This document shows, piece by piece, positions 46,837 through 55,875 of a stretch of 64,000 bases of DNA. The translations under genes and the position numbers were made by a program. Numbering within the stretch: the first letter of the stretch is position 1; every line of letters starts with the position of its first letter. The notes beneath the pieces are model-generated. The model was not told the DNA's origin, searched no databases, and saw only the letters and a program-made list of their open reading frames with translations. The DNA is from Neophaeotheca triangularis (taxonomy: Eukaryota). The DNA is taken from assembly GCA_054600435.1 (NCBI GenBank), contig BAAIJX010000003.1, forward strand, positions 558,001 through 622,000, given 5' to 3'.

Positions 46837-49653
46837 ATGGCAACAACACAGGCCGAGCGTGTCGACAATGCGCTCCAGCAACTGCTCGAACGGCTAGTTC
46901 CCTCCTACCCAGACGAAGATGAAGCTACGGCCGACCAGCGCTGGGATGAAGCCAACGAACTGGCGAGATCATACATCGACGCCGAGCCCGAGGCCCATAT
47001 TGCTGAAGACGTGAACCATGCGGCCGATCTGATCAAGAGGAAGTTCATTCGTGACGAGAGCAGTCCAGAGAAGGCCACGGCGTTTGGCAATCTCTACAGC
47101 AGGTTGTTGTCGCAACCGGTCTTGGGTCAGAAATGGGCCATTCTATATTTCCTACTGAAGATCAGTCACGGGGTTGATGCGAGTAGGCAGCCTTCGCGCG
47201 GGCATAGTAGTGCGCACGTGGATGTGGACACACAGAAGGCAACGAATACTCAACCGGACAGCATGCGCCGACCATCCCCGCGGGAGCAACCAGGACGCAA
47301 TGGCACGAGAGAGTATGAGGTCGACAGCCCGGCCTTCAATGAAGCCTTTTCGAAGAACGGTCTACCTCGACTGCCCAGAAAGGATGACGATGCTGCAAAG
47401 GCATCCTCGCTCAAGGATCGATCTGTTCCGGGCAGACCCAAACCTGCCGCAAAAGAAGAGAGACCAGAGAGGGAGGGAAATGTGCAAAACAATGCTACGG
47501 TGCCATCGGAAAGCACGCTTCTTCGCGACCTTCCTTTCACACTGCAAGGCCTATCGAGTACCAACATGGCCTTCGATGACTCCGCGACCCTCAAGCTCCC
47601 TGAAACGCTTCCTGTCCCCCTTGTATCGCTTTTGCATACGCTTGCGGAACCTTCACTGCTATACAGTTCCCTAACCGAATACTCTGAATCTACGGAAGGC
47701 GGTCTTGTCTGCCAAAGCTTGCGCAGCGCCATAGGTATCGAGCTGCGCTCGTACCTTTCATTAGTGGCGAGGCTGGAAAGTGAGATACGAAGAGCCTTGT
47801 CGCAATTAGACGACAGTCTTCCACACGGTGGTTTGGGAAAGGCCGGGGTCACACTCAAGCGCTGCGTTATATGGACACGAGAAGCTACGCTAGGCCTGCG
47901 TCTAATGTCGCTGATTGTGGACTCATCAAAAGGCAAAAAGGGGGGCGAACTGATCTCTGTTATTCACAATTTCTCTTCCTCCCATGGAGACCCTTTTGTG
48001 CATACGTTTGCGGAGCGACTGTTGTCACGCATCACAAAGCCCTTCTACAACATGCAGCGAGCCTGGATCTACGATGGCGAACTGGAAGACCCCTATCGAG
48101 AGTTCTTCGTTCACGAAAACTCCGAAGCCGAAGACAACGCGGCCACAAGTGTCTGGGAACACAAATATCGCGTGCATACGCCCATGATACCAAGCATTAT
48201 GACTGCAGACTTCGCTCAACGAGTCTTCCTCATCGGCAAATCTCTGAACTTCATCCGCCACGGCTGCGGCGACAGTGCGTGGGTTGAGAACTTCTCGCGC
48301 ACACACTCCCAAGCCCTCTCCCACGGCAACGACACCAACAGCAATGACGACAACACTGCCTCTCTCTCCACATCCATAGACGCCGCCTACTCAGTAGTCA
48401 TGGCGCGCCTCACAATGCTTATGTCGGACAAATTCGCCCTTTTCTCCCACCTGCAAGCCCTCAAATCCTACCTCCTCCTCGGCAGCGGCGACTTCGTAGC
48501 CCTGCTCATGGAGTCTCTCGCACCTAACCTCGACCGTCCAGCCAACAGCCAATACCGCCATACGCTGACCGCGCAACTCGAACACGCCATCCGCAACTCC
48601 AACGCCCAACACGACCCGCCGGACGTCCTCCGCCGCCTCGACGCCCGCATGCTCGAGCTCTCCCACGGCGAAATCGGCTGGGACGTCTTCACGCTCGAAT
48701 ACCGCGTCGACGCACCGCTCGACGTGATCGTCACCCCCTGGGCTAGCAAGCAATACCTCAAAGTCTTCAACTTCCTGTGGCGCGTCAAACGCGTGGAATT
48801 CGCCCTCGCTTCCACCTGGCGGCGCTGCATGACGGGCGCTCGCGGTGTGCTCGCAGCCGTGGGCGACAAGCTCGGCGCGGACTGGAAAGCCGCGCGCGGC
48901 GGCGTGAGCGAAATGGTTCACTTTATCAATCAGCTGCAATACTACATCCTCTTCGAAGTCATAGAAGCCGGGTGGGAGGGCCTGATGCGGGAGATGCGCA
49001 AGCCGGACGCCACGTTGGACACGCTGATCGAAGCGCACACGGCGTATTTGCGGTCTATTACCCGCAAAGGGTTGTTGGGGGGTGGTGGTGGGGCGACGGA
49101 TTTTACTAGCCAGCTGCATGAGCTGCTCAAGCTGATGCTGGCGTATCGCGACGCTGTCGATTCGCTGTATAGTTATAGCGTGGCTGAGTTTACGCGCAGG
49201 CAGGAGATGGCGGCGAAGATTGAGACGAGGACCAGGGCTGGGAAGTGGGGAGTCACGGAGCAGGATGAGGGGGCGGGGGGTGCGACGGGGATGGATTCAT
49301 CGCTTTTTGGGGGAGGGGAGAAGGGTAGGAGGAGGGGGGAGAGGGAGAGGGAGGCGGAGTCGCCGCTACCGCAGTTACTGCCACTGGGAGCAGCGCAGGG
49401 TGGTGGAGAGAGGGATGTGTTGGAGATTTTGAGGGGGCGGTTGAGGGCGCTGGAGACTGATTTTAAGGCCCGAGTGAATGTGCTTTTGGGCGATTTGGCC
49501 CACGTTCCGGACATTGATATGCGGTTTTTGGGCGTGGTGATGAATTTCAACAACGTGTACGAGCCGGTTCGTAGGCGGAAGTATAGGCCGGAGAAGGAAA
49601 AGGCGCCTGCATCTGCCGTGGGGAATGGGAAGGCTGAAGCAGGGAAGGCTTAA
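46837..49653 (+). CDS. SPC98: Gamma-tubulin complex component 3 (Spc98/Alp6/GCP3)
   Basis: Motifs LLRDLPFTLQG, HGDPFV, WIYDGELEDPYREFFV, IGKSLNFIR, YLLLGSGDF, GWDVFTLEY and YLKVFNFLWRVKRVE. First ATG at 46837. Confidence 0.92.
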   Translation: MATTQAERVDNALQQLLERLVPSYPDEDEATADQRWDEANELARSYIDAEPEAHIAEDVNHAADLIKRKFIRDESSPEKATAFGNLYSRLLSQPVLGQKWAILYFLLKISHGVDASRQPSRGHSSAHVDVDTQKATNTQPDSMRRPSPREQPGRNGTREYEVDSPAFNEAFSKNGLPRLPRKDDDAAKASSLKDRSVPGRPKPAAKEERPEREGNVQNNATVPSESTLLRDLPFTLQGLSSTNMAFDDSATLKLPETLPVPLVSLLHTLAEPSLLYSSLTEYSESTEGGLVCQSLRSAIGIELRSYLSLVARLESEIRRALSQLDDSLPHGGLGKAGVTLKRCVIWTREATLGLRLMSLIVDSSKGKKGGELISVIHNFSSSHGDPFVHTFAERLLSRITKPFYNMQRAWIYDGELEDPYREFFVHENSEAEDNAATSVWEHKYRVHTPMIPSIMTADFAQRVFLIGKSLNFIRHGCGDSAWVENFSRTHSQALSHGNDTNSNDDNTASLSTSIDAAYSVVMARLTMLMSDKFALFSHLQALKSYLLLGSGDFVALLMESLAPNLDRPANSQYRHTLTAQLEHAIRNSNAQHDPPDVLRRLDARMLELSHGEIGWDVFTLEYRVDAPLDVIVTPWASKQYLKVFNFLWRVKRVEFALASTWRRCMTGARGVLAAVGDKLGADWKAARGGVSEMVHFINQLQYYILFEVIEAGWEGLMREMRKPDATLDTLIEAHTAYLRSITRKGLLGGGGGATDFTSQLHELLKLMLAYRDAVDSLYSYSVAEFTRRQEMAAKIETRTRAGKWGVTEQDEGAGGATGMDSSLFGGGEKGRRRGEREREAESPLPQLLPLGAAQGGGERDVLEILRGRLRALETDFKARVNVLLGDLAHVPDIDMRFLGVVMNFNNVYEPVRRRKYRPEKEKAPASAVGNGKAEAGKA

Positions 49654-49829
49654 GGAAGTAGAACTGACAATTTTGATGGAAAGCAAGGTGTTTCGGTGTT
49701 TCTAGGCATAGGGAGATCTTTCGATACCACAATGTCTATCTGTCTGATTTAGGGTCGAGTGAGCTGTGGCGAAGAGATGGTTGGGCGCTCCAAGGGCCTC
49801 TGTTTCAGCGCGCAACTCCTCGCAGTGCT

Positions 49830-51590
49830 CTAGGACTTCGAGGAGCTGTCGCCGCTGCTGCTACTGCTGCCACTGTCACTGCTGTCACTCTCGTTGTCGG
49901 AATCGCTGGAGCTTGAGCTGGACGCCACTTTCTTCCCACCAGGCGCCTTCTTCGTGGCTGACTTTGGAGCTGGTTGTGGAGTCTTCGGAAAAGCTTTACT
50001 CAAGAAGTCGGCGTCGAATATCGGCTTCTTCTTTGCTGGTTTCTCCTCATCCGAAGCACCCGAATCCGAATCCGAAGACGAGCTGTCGCTGTCGCTGCTG
50101 GAACTACTGTCGCTCTCACTAGAAGAAGAGACCTCGGTTCGAGCCTTGCGTTTGCGCTTCTTCGACTCACCCGGCTCCGAAGCTGCCGCGGTCACAGCCG
50201 TCGTCGCAGCCGCTGCGGCTGGCGCCATCGAGGGGGGAGGTCCGGGTCGAGGGTAACCTAGCTCTTGAGCTAGTAAATCCCCCAGAATACGCTCCGCTCG
50301 CCTTCCCCTCTCAGCCTCATTCTTGATTTCATCAAGTTGCTGCTGATGTACCTCGCCATCCTGCGCGCCGGTGGCAGTCATGAGATCCCAGTCTCTCTGC
50401 CTCGCGGCCTCATACGCAGCCTTTCGGGCCTCGTCCGTCTCCATCGTAGGTTTCACTTTCTCCTCGACTTCTTGCAGCACAGCGCGAGCGCCTTCGATGA
50501 GTCTTTGGCGAGCAGCGTTACCCTGCAGTCCGGAGATGTAACTGAAAAGAGCAGGGTTATGCGCCGCTGGAATGCGGTAGAGGTTCCAGACGTTCTTGAG
50601 TACGTCGTTTTGAGTCGCCTTGCTGAATTTCCAGTTGTCTTTGTGGTTGGCGAATGTTTCTAGGTACGTGATGTATCTCGGCGTGCCCCCAGGTTCAGCC
50701 TTGGACTTTGATTTCGCTTTCGTGGGTGTCTTTGCTTCCCCAGTCTTTGGTGCTTTTTGCTTCTCCTCCTTTGACTTGGCTGTCACCGATGATGACGTTG
50801 TAGGTTCAGTTGAAGGTGCGGCGCCGTCTGTGCCTTTTTGCTGAGCGGCCCACTGCTTGAAGGCGTTTTGACCACTGAAGCCGTCGTCCTGTTTGGTGTC
50901 CGAAGTGAAACTGACGGACTTTCGGCGTTTTGGAGAGTTGGCGTCCTTGTCCGGGCTTGCCGACTTAGATTTTGAAGCATCTTCTTTATCGCTGAGGAAA
51001 GTTAGCAACGAATTTGGGGGCGTCAATTCTAGTTATCTGCGTCGTGAAACACACCACCGGATCGAAGAAGGTCTGGCCACTGGCGACTGTTTAAGTACTC
51101 GCGGACCGTACCAAAATCTGGCAATCTTGGTGCGGAGATTCATGTTCAAGGAGTGATAACGAATGTACATGAGATTGAGGGATGTGCTAAAATCTTACCT
51201 GTCGTTGAAAGTGGTGTGCTTATTAGATGCCACAGCAGACTTGGAGTTTGCACCAAAGCCGTAGTTGCGATTCACTTCTATCTGCTTGGAAGTTGCGGTA
51301 GAAGATGGAGGAGGTACGTCCAGTTTGGCCTTGTCGCCGCTGCTGTCACGTGACGCTTCGTGGGATTTCCGGGACTTCTTCATTGAGCGTTTTTCGACAG
51401 CTGGTGAAGCATCCTCTTCTCGCCCCCGTTTCTTTGAAGAGCCTGCATCCATAGATGGCTCCGAAGGCGTTGGCGGCTTGGGTAAGCCGTTGGCAGGCTC
51501 TGCAGTGTCTTTTGCGTACTTCAACTTCAACCCCAAACGCTTCCAGGCTGGCACATGCGGTTGGCTAGCGGCTGCAGGTTCTGTAGCCAT
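49830..51590 (-). CDS. WKF-domain (DUF2373 / C7orf50-like) protein; exons 51590-51199, 50991-49830
   Basis: N-terminal HVPAWKRLGLKLK, YLETF...NWKFSKATQNDVLKN...YISGLQGNAARQRL and a Ser/Asp-rich tail. Intron GTAAGA...GCTAAC...CAG (207 nt). Confidence 0.82.
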
Positions 51591-51955
51591 GTTTTTTGGT
51601 GAGATCGAAACGAAGTATGCGGTGTATTCGTGATAGTACTGTATGTTCGTAGTATACCTAGAGTCTGGAACTTTTTTGATATCCTGACCAGATGAGGCTC
51701 TGCGAGTGCTTGGCGCGGTCTGTAAGGGCCGTCCCGAGCTCCGAAGCTCAGTCGTTGGCGAACGCGTTGGAGCTGTTTGCCTTGGGGGAGAGCTACATAC
51801 GATTACAGTACCACTTTACTTGTACTTACAGCTCCACCAGAAACACTCAAATCACTCCATCCCATCTCTCGATTACACCCTTCCTTCCCTCGAAGACCTC
51901 ACATAGTGCACGGGCACGACACTAGAACACACCGAGCTACAAACAAACCGCCAGA

Positions 51956-52982
51956 ATGAGTAGGCAATCGCCTCCGCGCATACGCATTTGGACCGAGTAC
52001 TGATATATGGCATCATAGGTAGCACTGGGTTCGATAGACACATCACCATCTTCTCTGACCAGGGTCGCCTCTACCAAGTCGGTATGTACGAATACGTGGA
52101 TGCTCTATGTGGCTATAGGCGCTATGAGCGGCATAGCCAGGGTCGCTGACTTACTGGGGCAATAGAGTATGCTTTCAAGGCAATTACCGCGGCCAACATC
52201 ACATCCGTCGGCGTGAGGGGCAAGAACTGTGCAGTGGTGCTATCACAAAAGAAGGTCCCCGTAAGTGTGACAGAACCCGGAGCATTAGGGGATACGCAAG
52301 TTGACACTCGCTTCAGGACAAATTGATCGACCCGGCCTCCGTCTCCTACGTCTACAAGCTTTCGCCATCAGTGGGATGTGTCATGACAGGATCGATAGCG
52401 GATGCGCGAGCCTCGGTCAATCGCGCGCGAGGAGAGGCTGCTGAGTTCAGGTACAAGTTCGGCTATGAGATGCCATGTGATGTGCTTGCGAAGAGGATTG
52501 CGAACATCAGTCAAGTGTACACACAAAGGGTGAGTCGCTACATCAGCATCACTTGGTTGAAAAGCTCGTGGTCGAGGTATACTGACAGACATCAGGCGTA
52601 CATGCGTCCTCTTGGTGTCGCGACCACTCTCGTCTCGGTCGACGAAGAGTTCGGGCCACAGCTGTACAAGTGCGACCCAGCGGGATACTACGTCGGCTAC
52701 AAAGCGACCGCGTCAGGACCGAAGCAACAAGAGGCACTGAACTACTTCGAGAAGAAGCTCAAGAACAAGGACTACGCTGAAGGCAGCTGGGAGGAGGTGG
52801 TAGAGCTCGGCATCACAGCTCTCAGCTCGGTACTCAGTGTCGACTTCAAGAAGGGGGAGCTTGAGATTGGCATTGTCGGTGGACCCAAAGAGGCCGGCGA
52901 GGAGGGGACTGACAATACCTTCCGGTCGCTGACCGAGGACGAAATCGACGACCGTCTGCAGAGCATCGCTGAGAAGGATTGA
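51956..52982 (+). CDS. SCL1: 20S proteasome subunit alpha 1 (PSMA6 ortholog); exons 51956-51959, 52019-52081, 52166-52260, 52317-52529, 52596-52982
   Basis: Spliced product [29 protein letters not shown]...QKKVPDKLID...YTQRAYMRPLG...YKCDPAGYY. Confidence 0.95.
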
Positions 52983-53435
52983 GAGAGGCAAGGAGAGTGT
53001 ACGCATACGGGTAGCATGAGCATGGCGCATTCGGCGTCTGTGGAACGAAATGGGAAAGTATGAAGCTATTCTGAATCGCGCTTGCGCCTCAGCTTTGCTT
53101 GCGCTGAAAGATGCGGCTACACGTCCCCATCCCATTGGACGAACCCAAACGCCCTTCAGCTGCAACTCGTCTGCGGCCGATTCATCCATTGTAACAACAC
53201 TACCAAGTCATTGAAATTTGACATTCCAGCCGCACATGCAGACTCGTATTCAAGCAGGCGACGTCGGTAGGAGCGTATAGCGTACTGTCAAACACGCGGT
53301 AGCAGTGGGTGCAGAATCTCCCCTTGCCAGCTGAAAATCCGCTACCTATTGCTCGACGTCCTCAGCTACCGGGCGTTAGCCTGGCGGGTGGCTTACAGTG
53401 ACTCCACACCATGGCCCCTGTGTCGTCAGAACTGA

Positions 53436-54460
53436 ATGCTCCCGATGCCAAAGTAAGACCTCAACCCCCCAATCGGTGCAGCTAACGGCGTGACTCGCAA
53501 ACAGCGGTATGGCTTTGGCCACATCAATCGCTCAAACATACCCCATCCTCCTCGCTGCTTACAACCCCTCCCCGCTCCCCAGTCAACCAAGTCCGCGCCC
53601 ACCGCATCCTAGAACTCCTCTCCGACTTCCGCGCTCTCCAATTCTATCTCACAACCATCCGAGTCGGCCTGGACAACGCAGCCGAATTCGAGCAAGAGGG
53701 CCACGCCGTCCTCAGAAGCTGCGTCGCCGAATCGAGAGCCCTGCTCGGGGTACCTTTTGGTCTTTCGGCCGAACCGGGAGCCACGAGATCCGGGGTGGAG
53801 GGCTGGGAGGGAGAGGAGGAGGAGGAAAAGGAGGCAGAGGCAAGGGAGACGGGCGTGTTGAGGAGGTAGGTGCGAGTTTGCGACTCCTTCTCTCTTCCTT
53901 CCTTCCTTCCTTCCTTCCTGTCTTTTCCCCCTCCTTTTCCGCTCCCGCAGAGCACGGCGGTTCGCTTGCTCCTGTCTTCGATCCCCAATGACGAAAGCAC
54001 GGCCATTGCTGACTCTCGGACCCGGGGGGGGTGTTTCTTCCCCTTTGCGGAATCCTCGTCGACGCGGCTGTCAGCGGCTTCCGCGCGCAGAAGCTGTATC
54101 TGCGAGCCACGGCGGCGCTGCGGTGGGTCGACGCGGGTCGCGCGGTGTAGCAAGGGCAGGTGCCTGTGGGAAGAACACGCGGTGGCGTTGGCGCTGTTGC
54201 TGGAGGGCTTGAGGACGGCGAGTGCCGGTTACCAACCAACTGGGAGGTTTAGGGGTTTCCAGCCATTTGCGTGATCGATGCTGTGGTCCAAGGGGGCCGT
54301 GTTGGTCTTGGGCGCTAAGGGCCAAGTGGTGGCGGGGAGTTTGCTCCGTTGCGGATCAGCGTTTTGAGCTGTCGCTACGGACGGCGGATGTGCGGGCTGG
54401 CAAGTGGGTTGCAGAAGGATCCGAGTTTGGCGACTGTGCGGTTTTCGGCTGGGTTGATGG
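53436..54460 (+). pseudogene. Conserved-looking hypothetical fungal gene with an intact 5' half and a disrupted 3' half
   Basis: Exons 53436-53452, 53505-53506 and 53583-53865 give (MLP)MPNVNQVRAHRILELLSDFRALQFYL...EGHAVLRSCVAESRALL. The downstream coding-like blocks (ILVDAA...FRAQKLYLRATAALRW; SLRTADVRAGKWVAE/DPSL) have GG instead of AG acceptors, a TAG at 54148 and apparent frameshifts. Confidence 0.6.
53894..53919. repeat. (CTTC)n microsatellite inside an intron of the disrupted gene
   Basis: cttccttccttccttccttccttcct. Confidence 0.85.
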
Positions 54461-55383
54461 ATTGGTGGTTGCAATGGGAAGGATGGTTGTTGAGGGCTGG
54501 CGCGCTGGGATGCTGAGACTGGCTGCTTCGTCTTTGTTTCTGCTTGCTGCGGAGACTTTTTTGGGCTCTACTTGTCGCGAGCGATTGAGTGAACTTGCAA
54601 TAGGCACTGCGACTAGGCATTGTACTATGTTATTACCTGGTGATGTATTGTTAGGGTCAGGGTTTGGGCAAAGCAACGATGTAGCTTTCAGCCGCCTTCC
54701 ATGCGAGTAGTATCAAATAGCTGTTTGTTCCGATGAGAACGTTTCGAAGGTTTGTAGTCAGGGTTAGATATAGTGAAACCAGGACCAGGAACGAGTACGC
54801 CCTACAGGGTTACCTTACCAATCATAGGAATTAAGGCTTCGGGGGTTGGATGTGATGTTGTCAAACACCAAGATGCCTTGAGGCGACGGTATAGATGGTG
54901 TTGATCTCGAAATGTTGTGTTTCATTTCATTACATACGCTTCCCACGCCCTCCACAAGCCTCACCACTTCCCGCCCGAGCAATGCCTGTTTTGGCGCCCT
55001 CACCGACGTATGCATGGGTATCATCGCCGCTGGTTGTAATAAAGAACAAGAAAGAAAAGGGAGAGGGTAGCCACCCATCCCTGCTCCAAGATGCAGAATA
55101 GGCCGTTACGCTTTTTCCGAAGCGTAAGATGCATCCCATTGAAACTTTTTGTTTTTTGCCTCCGGTCCCAATGCAAAAGAGAAGAGAAAAAGGAATCGTC
55201 TCAAAATCAAAAACTTTTTGTGTCGTTGCCTCCCAAACACCTTGCTGGAAAAAGCATCATAAGTCGAGTCGTGACTGAGGGACTGCAGTCGGCTCATTCC
55301 CAAGGCGAGATAATCGAAAGCCAAGAGGGGGATGAGGTTGATGACCATGTCGGTGGTCGGACAACAGGAACCGGGTGAACGAA

Positions 55384-55875
55384 TCAGTCCCTCGAAACCC
55401 GCCTGGTCATCTTATTCCAAGCCGACCGCATGCTCCCACTCGAGCTCCCAGAGCTCATGCTCCCAGCTGAAGATGTCGACGAGCTGTCAGTCGAACCCAG
55501 GCGGTTCAGTCTCTGCGGCTGTCTCTCGTTGACGAAGTTGGCCGCGCCGCCACGCCCGATCATGTAGACCGGGGCTTGGTTCTCGCGTTCGCGGATGAGC
55601 TCCTCGTCGAATTTGAAGATTTGGCCTTCGTCCTTGGTGCTGGGTTTGAAGAGGTTGCCTGCGCCACCGCGGCCGGCTGTCATTGCTCTTTGGGGGGTCG
55701 GGCGTTGGAGGGGAGCTTTTGAGGGTGGACCGCGGGCGTCTTGGCCGGATGTCAGATCGGTGGCGTGGTATTTCTTGATGTTGCCCGCGCCGCCCCGGCC
55801 GCCCCCTATGTAGGCGCTGCCCTTTTTGGGGACGGAGGGGTGGGGTTCTGTGACGCTGAAGTTGCGAGAAGACAT
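55384..55875 (-). CDS. DUF3602-like protein with GRGGAGN repeats (Par32-like)
   Basis: 163-aa ATG ORF with three GRGGA(G/A)N motifs. Confidence 0.82.
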   Translation of the reverse strand: MSSRNFSVTEPHPSVPKKGSAYIGGGRGGAGNIKKYHATDLTSGQDARGPPSKAPLQRPTPQRAMTAGRGGAGNLFKPSTKDEGQIFKFDEELIRERENQAPVYMIGRGGAANFVNERQPQRLNRLGSTDSSSTSSAGSMSSGSSSGSMRSAWNKMTRRVSRD

